Below, piece by piece: positions 29,043-39,888 of a stretch of DNA of 64,000 nt. The DNA is from Methylotenera oryzisoli (GTDB taxonomy: Bacteria > Pseudomonadota > Gammaproteobacteria > Burkholderiales > Methylophilaceae), in NCBI GenBank assembly GCA_945907735.1, contig CAMDTL010000001.1:183481-247480 (forward strand). Reading direction: 5' to 3'. The notes under the pieces were generated by a model, which searched no databases, was not told the origin of the DNA, and saw only the letters and a program-made list of their open reading frames with translations. Numbering within the stretch: position 1 is the stretch's first letter; every line of letters begins with the position of its first letter. The translations under genes and the position numbers were made by a program.

Positions 29043-29175
29043 ATTGCTAAAAACCCCAGTGCAAGGCTAGGCGGTGAGGGGTCTGACTTTGGAGAAATAC
29101 GATGATTAAATACTAGCAATGCTTGCGCCAGATATTTTAATATTTAAAAACAATAAGTTAATGGTTTTTGGCAAT
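29043..29175. repeat. Degenerate MITE-like element upstream of glyA
   Basis: attgctaaaaacc / ggtttttggcaat terminal inverted repeats (1 mismatch), ~130 bp apart. Confidence 0.5.
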
Positions 29176-29343
29176 CTGCAAAATTTATTTTATGCATGGT
29201 TGTTGTGTAAATCGCACAAAGTTGGCGTGATATTTTTGGTGCAGTATTTGGGTTTAAGTAATGCAACGCGCGTGATAAAATGCGACATAATTTTATAAAC
29301 ATCAACTATAAACATTAAAATTTACTTGGGAAAAACCATCACC

Positions 29344-30591
29344 ATGTTTAGCACATCAAACACACTCAATAAAGCCGACCCAGCGCTGGATGCTATGATT
29401 AAAGCCGAAGTCGTGCGTCAGCACGAGCATATCGAGCTGATCGCCTCAGAAAACCACACCAGCCCTGCGGTAATGGAGGCGCAAGGCTCGCAGCTGACCA
29501 ATAAATATGCCGAAGGTTACCCTGGCAAGCGTTTTTATGGTGGTTGTGAATATGTGGATCAAGTAGAACAGTTAGCAATCGATAGGCTGAAAGCCTTATA
29601 CGGCGCGGAGTACGCCAACGTACAGCCGCATTCTGGCTCTCAGGCCAACCAAGCAGTGTATTTCAGCATTTTAAAACCTGGCGATACGGTGATGGGCATG
29701 AACCTTGGCCATGGCGGGCATTTAACGCACGGTTCACCAGCTAATCTATCGGGCAAGTTGTTTAACATCGTCGCTTATGGTCTCAACTCAAGTGAAGAAA
29801 TCGATTACGATGAAATGGAAAAAATCGCCATTGTAGCGAAGCCGAAACTGTTAATCGGCGGGGCGAGTGCTTATGCGTTGCGTTTTGATTGGGTGCGCAT
29901 GTCTGAAATTGCCAAAAAAGTGGGCGCTTATTTCATGGTAGATATGGCACATTATTCTGGCTTAATCGCCGCTGGCGTGTATCCAAACCCAGTGCCGCAT
30001 GCCGATTTTGTGACTTCTACCACGCACAAAACGCTGCGCGGCCCCCGTGGCGGCATTATTTTGGCCAAGGCTGAATTTGAAAAATCGCTGAATTCCACCG
30101 TATTTCCAGCGTTGCAAGGTGGGCCGCTGATGCACGTGATTGCGGGTAAGGCTACGGCGTTTTTAGAAGCGTCGCAACCTGAGTTTAAAATGTATCAAAC
30201 CCAAGTGCTTAAGAATGCCGTGGTATTGGCGGAAACGCTTACTACACGAGGTTTGCGCATTATTTCCGGCCGTACTGAATCACACATGTTCATGGTCGAT
30301 TTACGTCCAAAAGGCTTAACGGGCAAAGCTGCTGATGCTGCGCTTGGATTGGCGCACATTACGGTGAATAAAAACGCCATTCCCAATGATCCTGAAAGTC
30401 CGTTTGTCACGTCTGGCATCCGCATTGGTTCGCCAGCCATCACCACGCGCGGCTTTAAAGAAACGGAAGCTAGGCAAGTCGCCAATTTAATCGCCGATGT
30501 GCTGGATAATCCGACTTCTGAGACCGTGATTGCAGTCACTAAAGAAAAAGTGCATGCGTTGACTGCGCGCTTTCCTGTGTATGGTGCTTAA
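29344..30591 (+). CDS. glyA: Serine hydroxymethyltransferase
   Basis: [31 protein letters not shown]. Confidence 0.97.
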   Translation: MFSTSNTLNKADPALDAMIKAEVVRQHEHIELIASENHTSPAVMEAQGSQLTNKYAEGYPGKRFYGGCEYVDQVEQLAIDRLKALYGAEYANVQPHSGSQANQAVYFSILKPGDTVMGMNLGHGGHLTHGSPANLSGKLFNIVAYGLNSSEEIDYDEMEKIAIVAKPKLLIGGASAYALRFDWVRMSEIAKKVGAYFMVDMAHYSGLIAAGVYPNPVPHADFVTSTTHKTLRGPRGGIILAKAEFEKSLNSTVFPALQGGPLMHVIAGKATAFLEASQPEFKMYQTQVLKNAVVLAETLTTRGLRIISGRTESHMFMVDLRPKGLTGKAADAALGLAHITVNKNAIPNDPESPFVTSGIRIGSPAITTRGFKETEARQVANLIADVLDNPTSETVIAVTKEKVHALTARFPVYGA

Positions 30592-30596
30592 CTAAA

Positions 30597-31040
30597 GTGA
30601 AATGTCCTTTCTGCGGCGACGCCGATACCCAAGTCATTGATTCTAGAGTGAATGACGAAGGCGATTCGATTCGCCGTCGGCGTAAATGTGGCAAGTGCGA
30701 TAAACGCTTTACTACTTACGAAACGGCGGATTTACACTTACCACAAGTAGTTAAAACCAACGGTACACGTGAGGAATTCAGTTGCGAAAAACTAAGATTG
30801 TCGTTCACCCGTGCATTGCACAAACGCCCAGTGCCGACTGAGTACGTTGACCGCGCGCTCGATCACATTGTGCAAAAAATGCTGAGTCTTGGTGAGCGCG
30901 AAATCCCTGCGCGTGCGCTGGGCGAAAGCGTGATGGCGGAATTAAAAATTATGGATAAAGTCGCTTATATCCGCTTTGCCTCGGTCTATCGCAGCTTTTC
31001 CGATGTCGATGATTTTCACGAAGTCATTCGCGATTTATAA
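30597..31040 (+). CDS. nrdR: Transcriptional repressor NrdR
   Basis: MKCPFC..VIDSR..IRRRRKC..RFTTYE zinc ribbon; ATP cone; [11 protein letters not shown]. Confidence 0.97.
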   Translation: MKCPFCGDADTQVIDSRVNDEGDSIRRRRKCGKCDKRFTTYETADLHLPQVVKTNGTREEFSCEKLRLSFTRALHKRPVPTEYVDRALDHIVQKMLSLGEREIPARALGESVMAELKIMDKVAYIRFASVYRSFSDVDDFHEVIRDL

Positions 31041-31046
31041 AATCTA

Positions 31047-32186
31047 ATGGCATTTAGCGCCAACGACCATTTGTTTATGACACGCGCTTTGCAGCTGGCA
31101 GAACAAGGTTTATATACTACGATGCCTAATCCGCGTGTGGGTTGCGTGATTGTGAAAGACGGTAAAATAATAGGCGAAGGTGCGCACTTAAAAGCGGGCG
31201 AGCCGCATGCTGAAGTGCTTGCCTTGCAGCAAGCAGGCGCGCAAGCCAAAGGCGCAACGGCTTATGTGACGCTCGAACCATGCAATCACACAGGTCGAAC
31301 TTCCGCATGCAGTCATGCCTTGCTCCAGGCGGGCATTGCAAAAGTCATCGCCGCCATGCAAGACCCGAATCCGCTTGTGGCTGGCGGTGGCTTGGCACAT
31401 TTACAAAGGTATGGCATAGACGTTGTCAGTGGCTTGATGCAAGCGCAGGCGGAGGCGCTAAACCCAGGATTTATCTCACGCATGACTAAAAATTCTCCAT
31501 TCGTGCGCAGCAAAATCGCCGCCAGTTTGGATGGTAAAACCGCGCTCAAAAACGGCACCAGTCAATGGATTAGCAGCGAATCATCAAGGTTGGATGTGCA
31601 ACATTGGCGCGCACGTTCGTGCGCCATGCTCACGGGCGCTGGCACGGTATTGGTGGATAATCCGAGTATGTCTGTGCGCATTGCCGCGAATACCCCCTAT
31701 CCCTCGACGGGAGAGGGCTGGGGAGAGGGTGCGAATATTCGGCAGCCATTGAAAATTATTATCGATAGCGCGTTAAAAACGCCACTCAACGCAAAAATAC
31801 TGGCGGGTGGTAATGTGTTGATTGCCTTTGCGCATGACGCTGAAAATAAATCCGCAGCACTATTAGCGACAGACGCAGAGTTACTTTGCATTCCGAATGC
31901 TGAAGGAAAGGTGTGCCTAAAAACGCTGTTAAGCCACCTTGCCAGTCGCGAAATCAACGAGGTGCTAGTCGAGGGCGGCGAAGGTTTAAACGGCGCGCTG
32001 ATGGCGCAAAACCTGATTGACGAGTTATTGATTTATTACGCACCCAAACTCATGGGAGGCGCGGCAAAAAGTATGTTTGACATGCCCGCATTTACCAATA
32101 TGCAGCAAGCGATTGCGCTGGAAATTATCGAGTTGCGTCAAATTGGTGCGGATATTCGTCTGCGCGCGAAGCCAAGATTAAGTTAA
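31047..32186 (+). CDS. ribD: Riboflavin biosynthesis deaminase/reductase
   Basis: PNPRVGC, HAE, TLEPCNH..C, SLDGK, EGG. Confidence 0.95.
   Translation: MAFSANDHLFMTRALQLAEQGLYTTMPNPRVGCVIVKDGKIIGEGAHLKAGEPHAEVLALQQAGAQAKGATAYVTLEPCNHTGRTSACSHALLQAGIAKVIAAMQDPNPLVAGGGLAHLQRYGIDVVSGLMQAQAEALNPGFISRMTKNSPFVRSKIAASLDGKTALKNGTSQWISSESSRLDVQHWRARSCAMLTGAGTVLVDNPSMSVRIAANTPYPSTGEGWGEGANIRQPLKIIIDSALKTPLNAKILAGGNVLIAFAHDAENKSAALLATDAELLCIPNAEGKVCLKTLLSHLASREINEVLVEGGEGLNGALMAQNLIDELLIYYAPKLMGGAAKSMFDMPAFTNMQQAIALEIIELRQIGADIRLRAKPRLS
31693..31731 (+). repeat. CCCTCTCCC/GGGAGAGGG-type palindromic repeat inserted in frame in ribD
   Basis: ccccctatccctcgacgggagagggctggggagagggtg, read as TPYPSTGEGWGEG. 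Confidence 0.75.
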
Positions 32187-32188
32187 GC

Positions 32189-32998
32189 ATGTTAATTGAC
32201 ACGCACTGCCACTTGGATGCCGCAGAATTTGATGTGGATAGGGCGAGTGTGGCAAAAAATGCCAGTTTAGCGGGTGTTGGCGCGATCGTTATTCCCGCCG
32301 TTGCACGCGAAAACTTTCAGCAAGTGATTGATTTATCTGATGAATATTCGTATTGTAGATTTGCACTTGGCATTCACCCTATGTATGTGGATAACGCGCA
32401 TCCGAGTGATTTAAGCTTGCTTAAAAAACTTATCGCCGAGCACCAAGCAAGTCAAAAACTGGTCGCGGTGGGCGAAATTGGCTTAGATTTTTTTGTCACC
32501 CAACAAAACCGCGAAACGCAAGAATACTTTTTTTCCGAGCAGCTTAAAATTGCGCAAGAATTCAATTTGCCAGTGATTTTGCATGTGCGTCGCGCAGTAG
32601 ATGATGTGTTGAAATATTTGCGTAGGCATCAAGTGGTTGGTGGCATTGCGCACGCGTTTAATGGCAGCGCGCAGCAGGCAGAGGCGTTTATTCAACTTGG
32701 CTTTAAATTGGGCTTTGGTGGCGCGATGACGTACCCGCGCGCGCTAAAAATTCGTGAGTTAGCCCAAACTTTGCCGCTGGAAAGCATTGTTTTAGAGACG
32801 GATGCGCCCGATATTCCACCTGCTTGGCTGGGCACTAAAGGCAGAAATAGCCCAGCGGAACTCATGAAAATCGCCCAAATTTTAGCTGATTTAAGAGCAG
32901 TGGAAGTGGCGCAAATCATTGAAATTACAGGAAAAAATGCGCTTAGTATTTTTACAAATTTAAGCAGTTTATACACACCACCTGAAGCTTTACATTAA
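32189..32998 (+). CDS. TatD-family hydrolase/nuclease
   Basis: LIDTHCHLD, VGEIGLD, LETDAP. Confidence 0.92.
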   Translation: MLIDTHCHLDAAEFDVDRASVAKNASLAGVGAIVIPAVARENFQQVIDLSDEYSYCRFALGIHPMYVDNAHPSDLSLLKKLIAEHQASQKLVAVGEIGLDFFVTQQNRETQEYFFSEQLKIAQEFNLPVILHVRRAVDDVLKYLRRHQVVGGIAHAFNGSAQQAEAFIQLGFKLGFGGAMTYPRALKIRELAQTLPLESIVLETDAPDIPPAWLGTKGRNSPAELMKIAQILADLRAVEVAQIIEITGKNALSIFTNLSSLYTPPEALH

Positions 32999-33170
32999 TA
33001 AGTGTAAAAAAACCCATGAAACCAATGACATGACTATAAGTCATTGATTTTTATATATAAAAAATTAGATTATAAAATGAGCTTTTCGAAAAAAGCTTTA
33101 TAAATAATCATCTTACGGTTTGAAGTCACAGTAATCCACAAAGTTATCCACAGATTTTGTGGATGGAAAA
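32969..33170. promoter_or_regulatory. DnaA-box cluster with an IHF consensus site in an AT-rich spacer
   Basis: TTATACACA 32969, TAATCCACA 33132, TTATCCACA 33144, TGTGGATGG 33158; the reverse complement of 33037-33049 is AATCAATGACTTA (WATCAANNNNTTR). Confidence 0.6.
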
Positions 33171-33297
33171 ACGTAAAAAACAACACCTGAAAGAATGCAA
33201 GCGTTTTAATTAAAATTATTGATACTGTTTTTAAATTTTTGGCATGAAAATTGTATTTAAACCATATAAACATCTGGCAAAATAAATCGCAAAAAAT

Positions 33298-34386
33298 ATG
33301 AAAATCGCCCAACAACACAATCGCATCACTTGGCGCACTATTTGGCCGGATGCGCGCTGTAAGTTTGTGCGGATTATCGATCAAACCAAGTTGCCGTTTG
33401 CGTTTGAAATTGTGCGTGTGCAATCGCTAGCACAAATGGTGCATGCAATTTCAGCCATGCAGGTGCGTGGCGCGCCTTTAATTGGCGTTGCGGCAGCGTA
33501 TGGTATGGCGCTGGCGATGTTAGAAGATGAGTCGGATGCTTATTTGCTACAAGCGGCTGAAATGCTAAAAAACAGTCGCCCCACTGCGGTTAATTTAGCA
33601 TGGGCTGTGAACCGCATGGTTGCTGCGTTGCAGGCAATGCCACATGCGAGAAGAAATTTCACCGCGTGGCACGAAGCCGCCAATATTGCCGAGCAAGATG
33701 TGGCGCAGAATCAGGCGATTGGCCAGCACGGGTTTGAGCTCATCAAAAATGCATACCAAAGCCGTTTAATAAAAAACAAGCCTTTTAATATTCTCACCCA
33801 TTGCAACGCTGGCTGGCTGGCCACTGTGGATTTTGGCACTGCACTGGCGCCGATTTATGCAGCACACGATGCCGGTATGAATGTGCACGTTTGGGTGGAC
33901 GAAACGCGTCCGCGCAACCAAGGCGCATTATTAACAGCTTGGGAGCTGGCGCAGCACGGCGTGCCACATACGGTTGTTACTGACAACGCAGGTGGACACT
34001 TAATGCAACAAGGCTTGATCGATATGGTCATCGTCGGTGCGGATCGCGTTACCAGTAAGGGCGACGTGTGCAACAAAATCGGCACCTATTTAAAAGCGCT
34101 GGCGGCGCATGATAACCACATTCCTTTTTACGCCGCTGTGCCTAGCCCGACGATTGATTGGGATATTTCAAATCACAAGGACATTGAAATTGAAGAGCGT
34201 CACGGCGATGAAGTGTCGTATCTACAAGGTTTAAGCGCGGATGGCAGCGTGCAAACTGTGCGTGTCATTCCAGCGGAAAGCAACGCCGCTAACCCAGCGT
34301 TTGACGTCACCCCCGCAAGATTAGTGACGGGAATTATTACAGAAAAAGGTGTATTTGCGCCACAAAATTTACATGCGTGTAAATAG
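33298..34386 (+). CDS. mtnA: S-methyl-5-thioribose-1-phosphate isomerase
   Basis: VRGAPLIG, SRPTAVNL, THCNAGWLAT, DETRPRNQG, NPAFDVTP. Confidence 0.95.
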   Translation: MKIAQQHNRITWRTIWPDARCKFVRIIDQTKLPFAFEIVRVQSLAQMVHAISAMQVRGAPLIGVAAAYGMALAMLEDESDAYLLQAAEMLKNSRPTAVNLAWAVNRMVAALQAMPHARRNFTAWHEAANIAEQDVAQNQAIGQHGFELIKNAYQSRLIKNKPFNILTHCNAGWLATVDFGTALAPIYAAHDAGMNVHVWVDETRPRNQGALLTAWELAQHGVPHTVVTDNAGGHLMQQGLIDMVIVGADRVTSKGDVCNKIGTYLKALAAHDNHIPFYAAVPSPTIDWDISNHKDIEIEERHGDEVSYLQGLSADGSVQTVRVIPAESNAANPAFDVTPARLVTGIITEKGVFAPQNLHACK

Positions 34387-34470
34387 CATGCCTGTAGTCC
34401 GTATGAATATTGGGCTGCATGGCATGTGTTGAGGTTGAAAAAATAGAAAACTAATAATGAAAACTTAACT

Positions 34471-34503
34471 TCCGTCATTCTGAGCGTAGCGAAGCATGAC
34501 GGA
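34471..34503. repeat. Short CGTC-type palindromic repeat
   Basis: tccgtcattctgagcgtagcgaagcatgacgga. Confidence 0.65.
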
Positions 34504-34529
34504 TGGGAAAAAGTGACGTAAAATAAATC

Positions 34530-35168
34530 ATGCAAAATCAACGCGAAAATTTACTAAAAACCACCCAAAAACTAACCGAGCTTGGTCTCAATACAGGCAC
34601 AGCAGGCAATTGCAGCGTGCGTTCTGAGGGCGATTTTTTAATTACGCCTAGCGGCATGGGGGTGGAAGAAATGACGCCTGCGAGCATGGTGAAAATGCAA
34701 TGTGATGGCAGTTATGAGCAAGACAAAATCCCCTCAAGCGAATGGCGTTTTCATCGTGATATTTTAGCCAGCCGCCCAGAAATCAACGCGGTTGTGCACA
34801 CTCATAGCATGTTCGCTACCACCTTGGCTTGCTTGCACCAAGATATCCCGCCGTTTCACTATATGATAGCCGTTGTTGGTGGTGACAGTATTCGCTGCGC
34901 GCCATATGCCTTGTTTGGCTCGCAAACCTTATCTGATAATGCCTTGCAGGCCTTAATTGAACGCAAAGCCTGCTTATTGGCGAATCACGGCATGATCGCA
35001 CTGGGGCGCGATCTGGATGATGCGTTGGCTGTGACGGTAGAAGTAGAAACCCTGTGTGAGCAATATTGGCGTATTTTGCAATTAGACCCTAACCCACCAT
35101 TACTCAGTGAAGCTGAAATGCGCGAAGTGTTTAAGCAGTTTAAGGGTTACGGGCAGTGGGCGAAGTAG
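34530..35168 (+). CDS. Class II aldolase (FucA/Ald2-like)
   Basis: GNCS, ITPSG, PSSEWRFH, VHTHS, NHG; adjacent to mtnA. Confidence 0.85.
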   Translation: MQNQRENLLKTTQKLTELGLNTGTAGNCSVRSEGDFLITPSGMGVEEMTPASMVKMQCDGSYEQDKIPSSEWRFHRDILASRPEINAVVHTHSMFATTLACLHQDIPPFHYMIAVVGGDSIRCAPYALFGSQTLSDNALQALIERKACLLANHGMIALGRDLDDALAVTVEVETLCEQYWRILQLDPNPPLLSEAEMREVFKQFKGYGQWAK

Positions 35169-35240
35169 CCCGTCACTTCGTGCCGGACTTTGCGCGCGCC
35201 CACTTAAAAAGAAAGTAAGCAAAGAAAACTGAAGCCGCGC
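35165..35240 (+). repeat. GTAG-type REP-like hairpin overlapping the aldolase stop codon, plus a repeat remnant
   Basis: gtagcccgtcacttcgtgccgga followed by aaaagaaagtaagcaaagaaaa. Confidence 0.4.
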
Positions 35241-35410
35241 AACAGAGCGCCAATGAGCCATCGTTAATTAATGACAAAAGGTGATTAGCATGACAAACTA
35301 AGCTTCAGATACTGAAGCAATTGAATACTTGTAATTAATACCATCAAAATTGGGCCTATATGCATCGCCGCACCAAAGCTTACAATAAAGTCAGCACAAG
35401 AAAGTAATTC

Positions 35411-36610
35411 ATGGATGACCTAAAACAGCGCGCGCTGGATTATCACCAATTTCCGATTCCTGGTAAATTGAGTGTAGCGTCGTCCAAACCCTGTGCAACA
35501 CAAGATGACTTATCGCTGGCCTACACGCCAGGTGTGGCGGAGCCTGTGCGTGAGATTCATGCAGATCCTGCCAATGCCTATAAATATACCAACAAAGGTA
35601 ATTTGGTTGCAGTGATTACCGACGGCACGGCGGTGTTAGGCTTAGGCAATATGGGCGCGCTCGCCAGTAAGCCTGTGATGGAAGGTAAGGCGATATTATT
35701 TAAGCACTTTGCTGGCATTGATGTGTTTGATATTGAAATTAACGCCGCAACACCTGACGAATTTATTCAAACTGTGGTGAATATTGCGCCTACTTTTGGC
35801 GGCATTAATTTAGAAGATATTGCCGCGCCGCATTGTTTTTATATCGAAAATGAATTGAAAAAATGCCTTGATATTCCTGTTTTTCATGACGACCAACATG
35901 GCACGGCAGTCATTGTGGCAGCTGCCTTATTAAACGCGCTGAAGTTACAAGGCAAAACCTTACCCACTGCAAAAATAGTGTTTTTAGGCGCAGGAGCAGC
36001 GGGTTGCTCGTGCGCAAAATTGCTTAAACTCATGGGGGCAACCAACATTACCATGGTGGATAGAACGGGCGTCATTGATACGAATCGCAAGGATTTGCAT
36101 GACAACAACCGCGAGCTTGCTATTAAGCCAAGTAAGGTGAAAACACTAGCTGATGCTATGCCTAGAAGTGATGTATTTATTGGTGTTTCAGCCAAAAATG
36201 CACTCGATGCAAGCTTGATAAAAAGCATGGCCAAGAACCCCATCATTTTTGCCTTAGCGAATCCAGATCCAGAAGTGCTGCCGAGCGTGGCGCATGCGAT
36301 TCGTGATGATATTTTAATGGCGACTGGTCGCAGTGATTTCCCGAATCAGGTGAATAATGCTTTGTGTTTTCCATATTTATTCCGCGGCGCGCTGGATGCA
36401 AAGGCCACCAAAATTACCGAGAAAATGAAGGTTGCTGCGGCATATGCTCTCAGTGAACTTGCCCGCGAGCCAGTGCCTGCAGATGTGCTACAAGCGTATA
36501 ACTTGGAGTCACTTGAATTTGGGCGCGATTATATTATTCCAAAACCATTCGATAAGCGCTTATTAGCAATGGTTTCAGGCGCGGTAGCCAAAGCGGCTAA
36601 AGAAAACTAA
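35411..36610 (+). CDS. NAD(P)-dependent malic enzyme (short form, no PTA domain)
   Basis: [44 protein letters not shown]. Confidence 0.9.
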   Translation: MDDLKQRALDYHQFPIPGKLSVASSKPCATQDDLSLAYTPGVAEPVREIHADPANAYKYTNKGNLVAVITDGTAVLGLGNMGALASKPVMEGKAILFKHFAGIDVFDIEINAATPDEFIQTVVNIAPTFGGINLEDIAAPHCFYIENELKKCLDIPVFHDDQHGTAVIVAAALLNALKLQGKTLPTAKIVFLGAGAAGCSCAKLLKLMGATNITMVDRTGVIDTNRKDLHDNNRELAIKPSKVKTLADAMPRSDVFIGVSAKNALDASLIKSMAKNPIIFALANPDPEVLPSVAHAIRDDILMATGRSDFPNQVNNALCFPYLFRGALDAKATKITEKMKVAAAYALSELAREPVPADVLQAYNLESLEFGRDYIIPKPFDKRLLAMVSGAVAKAAKEN

Positions 36611-36632
36611 AGAAGAAAAGTCATTAGTCATT

Positions 36633-37025
36633 ATGCAAAAAAACAGCCAAAAAAATAAAAACAGACCTAAAAACCTGAATTTATTCACGATTCGTCTACC
36701 GATTAATGCGCTGGTGTCTATCTTGCATCGTGCTTCTGGCATGGCGCTATTTGCCATGTTGCCATTGATATTGTTGGCGTTTCAATATTCGGCAAGGTCA
36801 CAACAAAGCTACACAAAGCTGGTAGCGTTATTTGATACCTGGTTTATAAAGCTCATGCTTGTTGGGTTGGCATGGGCTTTTTCCCATCACTTTTTTGCAG
36901 GCTTGCGGCATTTATTGCAAGACAGCCATTGGATGGCCAGCCTGCAAAAAACACGGCTTTCTAGTCGTGTGGTGCTGTGGTTGGTGGGGATTTCAGTTGC
37001 GATTTTTTCCTTTGTGGTTTGGTAG
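36633..37025 (+). CDS. sdhC: Succinate dehydrogenase cytochrome b556 subunit
   Basis: RPKNLNL..IRLP..SILHRASG; HHFFAGLRHL. Confidence 0.92.
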   Translation: MQKNSQKNKNRPKNLNLFTIRLPINALVSILHRASGMALFAMLPLILLAFQYSARSQQSYTKLVALFDTWFIKLMLVGLAWAFSHHFFAGLRHLLQDSHWMASLQKTRLSSRVVLWLVGISVAIFSFVVW

Positions 37026-37044
37026 CTTTGCTAGGTAATTTGGC

Positions 37045-37392
37045 GTGTTAATTCAACTTCTTACTAATAAATATCCTGGCATGCGCTTGTGGCTATCGCA
37101 AAGGCTAAGCGCCATCGTCATGGCAATTTATATCGTGTTAGTGGTCATGTTACTGATAATTTTTCGGCCTGCAAATTTTAACGCTTGGCATGCTTTGATG
37201 TCGCCAATCTGGTTTAGGCTGGTGACTTTTGTATTTTTTGTCAGCTTATTCATACATGCTTGGCTAGGTGTGAAGGATGTATTTGAAGACTATATTTTCA
37301 ATCTGAAATTAAGAGCTTACTTACAAATTATCGTGGATGTTTTGCTGGTGGTTTATTTAATTTGGTCAAGTTTTATTTTGTGGAATATATGA
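37045..37392 (+). CDS. sdhD: Succinate dehydrogenase membrane anchor
   Basis: WLSQRLSA; [13 protein letters not shown]. Confidence 0.9.
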   Translation: MLIQLLTNKYPGMRLWLSQRLSAIVMAIYIVLVVMLLIIFRPANFNAWHALMSPIWFRLVTFVFFVSLFIHAWLGVKDVFEDYIFNLKLRAYLQIIVDVLLVVYLIWSSFILWNI

Positions 37393-39137
37393 GTTTAGAG
37401 ACACATCAATTTGATGCGGTAATTATTGGTGGTGGCGGTGCTGGTTTGCGCGCATCGCTACAGTTGGCGCAGGCGGGCGTTAAGGTCGCGGTGTTATCCA
37501 AAGTGTTCCCAACTCGCTCTCACACAGTAGCGGCACAGGGTGGCATTGCGGCGGCATTAGGCAATGTAGCAGAAGATAATTGGCTGTGGCACATGTACGA
37601 CACCATTAAGGGTTCGGACTTTTTGGGTGATCAGGACGCGATTGAGTTTATGTGCAAAAACGCAGCAAAAGCCATTATCGAGCTGGAACATTTTGGCATG
37701 CCTTTCGACCGCTTAGATAATGGAAAAATCTTTCAACGTCCGTTTGGGGGCATGACGAAAAATTTTGGCGAAACGCCCATTTCGCGCACTTGTGCGGTGG
37801 CAGATCGCACCGGTCACGCCATGTTGCATACACTTTATCAGCGCAATATTCAGGCCAATACGCAGTTTTTTGTGGAATGGTTTGCGCTGGATTTAATGCG
37901 CGATGCTGAGGGCGATGTGCTGGGTGTGATTGCGCTGGAAATTGAAACGGGTGAAATTCATATTTTCCAGGCAAAAACCACAATGCTGGCTACCGGTGGA
38001 GCTGGGCGTATCTTTCAAGCCAGCACTAATGCATTTATCAACACGGGCGATGGCTTGGGTATGGCAGCAAGGGCTGGGTTACCTTTGCAAGATATGGAAT
38101 TTTGGCAATTTCACCCAACAGGCGTTTTACATGCTGGGGTATTGATAACCGAAGGTGTGCGCGGCGAAGGCGGCTATTTGGTGAATAGCGAAGGCGAACG
38201 CTTTATGGAGCGCTATGCGCCGCATGCTAAAGACTTAGCCAGTCGTGATGTGATTGCGCGCGCATCGGCTACTGAGATTAAAGCAGGCAGGGGCGTTGGC
38301 AAGAATAAAGACGCGGTGTATTTAAAACTAGACCATCTTGGCGAAGCACTTATTAATAAGCGTTTGCCAGGTATACGTGAAATTGCCAAAACCTTTGCCA
38401 ATGTTGATCCGATTCACGATCCGATTCCCGTGGTGCCAACCGCACACTACATGATGGGCGGCATACCGACCAATTTAGATGGGCAAGTCGTGCTAGAAGG
38501 CGAAAAGCCGGTGCATGGCTTGTATGCTGTCGGTGAGTGCGCTTGCGTTTCGGTGCATGGCGCCAATCGTTTAGGCTCAAACTCATTGTTGGATTTAGTG
38601 GTATTCGGCAAAGCGGCGGGCGATAAAATGGTGGCAGAAATTGCACAAAACAAAGTGCATAAACCATTGCCTATCGATGTCGCAGATGCGACGCTAGCAC
38701 GCGTGAGTCGCTTAGAGAAGGTACAAGGCGAGAGCGTGGTTGAAGTGGGCGATGCAATGCGTAGGGCGATGCAAACGCATTGCGGTGTGTTCCGCTTCCC
38801 GAATTTATTAAGTGCTGGCGTTGACGAAATTGACGCAGTCGTAGCACGCGCACAGCACATAGTCATTAAAGACAAAAGCCAGGTATTTAATACTGCAAGA
38901 GTAGAAGCGTTGGAGCTTGATAATTTGATTGAAGTGGCTGTAGCCACCATGCATGCGGCCAATAACCGCACTGAAAGCCGCGGTGCTCACGCGCGTGAGG
39001 ATTATAGTGAGCGGGATGATGAAAACTGGCTCACGCATTCACTGTTTTATAAACAAAACAATCGCTTGGCTTATAAACCGGTGCGCTTAAAACCGCTAAC
39101 AGTAGAGTCGTTTGAACCGAAAAAACGGGTGTATTAA
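37389..39137 (+). CDS. sdhA: Succinate dehydrogenase flavoprotein
   Basis: [13 protein letters not shown]-His motif; QFHPTG; HGANRLG. Confidence 0.97.
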   Translation: MSLETHQFDAVIIGGGGAGLRASLQLAQAGVKVAVLSKVFPTRSHTVAAQGGIAAALGNVAEDNWLWHMYDTIKGSDFLGDQDAIEFMCKNAAKAIIELEHFGMPFDRLDNGKIFQRPFGGMTKNFGETPISRTCAVADRTGHAMLHTLYQRNIQANTQFFVEWFALDLMRDAEGDVLGVIALEIETGEIHIFQAKTTMLATGGAGRIFQASTNAFINTGDGLGMAARAGLPLQDMEFWQFHPTGVLHAGVLITEGVRGEGGYLVNSEGERFMERYAPHAKDLASRDVIARASATEIKAGRGVGKNKDAVYLKLDHLGEALINKRLPGIREIAKTFANVDPIHDPIPVVPTAHYMMGGIPTNLDGQVVLEGEKPVHGLYAVGECACVSVHGANRLGSNSLLDLVVFGKAAGDKMVAEIAQNKVHKPLPIDVADATLARVSRLEKVQGESVVEVGDAMRRAMQTHCGVFRFPNLLSAGVDEIDAVVARAQHIVIKDKSQVFNTARVEALELDNLIEVAVATMHAANNRTESRGAHAREDYSERDDENWLTHSLFYKQNNRLAYKPVRLKPLTVESFEPKKRVY

Positions 39138-39138
39138 C

Positions 39139-39888
39139 ATGGTAAATCAAATCAAATTTTCTATTTATCGTTATAACCCCGACACCGACAAAAAACCCTA
39201 CATGCAAGATTACGCTATCAGCTTGCGTGATGAAGACCACATGCTGTTGGATGCGCTGATTCGCATTAAAGAGCACGATGAAACCTTAAGTATGCGCAAA
39301 TCGTGTCGCGAAGGTGTGTGCGGCAGTGATGCAATGAATATCAATGGTAAAAATGGCTTGGCGTGCATTACAAAACTGAGTGATTTAGAGCAACCAATTG
39401 TGCTGCGCCCTATGCCTGGTCTGCCTGTCATTCGCGATTTGGTTGTGGATATGACACAGTTTTTCGAGAATTATAACTCGGTAAAACCATATTTAATTAA
39501 CAACGATCCGCCGCCAGAAACCGAGCGCCTACAAAGCCCGGCAGATCGCGCCAAATTGGATGGTTTATACGAGTGCATTTTGTGTGGTGCGTGTACCACA
39601 GCGTGCCCAAGCTTTTGGTGGCATCCTGATAAATTCGTCGGTCCAGCAGGCTTGTTGCAAGCCAATCGCTTCATCATGGATAGCCGCGACCAAGCGACCG
39701 AAGAACGTCTAGAAAACTTGGAAGATCCTTATCGACTTTATCGCTGCCACAACATTATGAATTGCGTGGAGGTGTGTCCGAAAAAGCTTAACCCAAACGC
39801 GGCGATTGCCAATATTAAGGATGTAAAAATTGCGCGGGCGCGCGAAACTAAAATCGCCAAAAAATCCATACCAATTAAAAGTTTATAA
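39139..39888 (+). CDS. sdhB: Succinate dehydrogenase iron-sulfur subunit
   Basis: SCREGVCGSD; CILCGACTTACP; CHNIMNCVEVCP. Confidence 0.97.
   Translation: MVNQIKFSIYRYNPDTDKKPYMQDYAISLRDEDHMLLDALIRIKEHDETLSMRKSCREGVCGSDAMNINGKNGLACITKLSDLEQPIVLRPMPGLPVIRDLVVDMTQFFENYNSVKPYLINNDPPPETERLQSPADRAKLDGLYECILCGACTTACPSFWWHPDKFVGPAGLLQANRFIMDSRDQATEERLENLEDPYRLYRCHNIMNCVEVCPKKLNPNAAIANIKDVKIARARETKIAKKSIPIKSL

Noticed and set aside
29078-29087. GGGGTCTGAC matching the start of a Tn3 inverted repeat
   Set aside because: Only 10 nt match, with no partner repeat and no transposase.
29030-29343. ZTP or glycine riboswitch upstream of glyA
   Set aside because: No recognisable conserved riboswitch motifs; the region is AT-rich with an inverted-repeat element.
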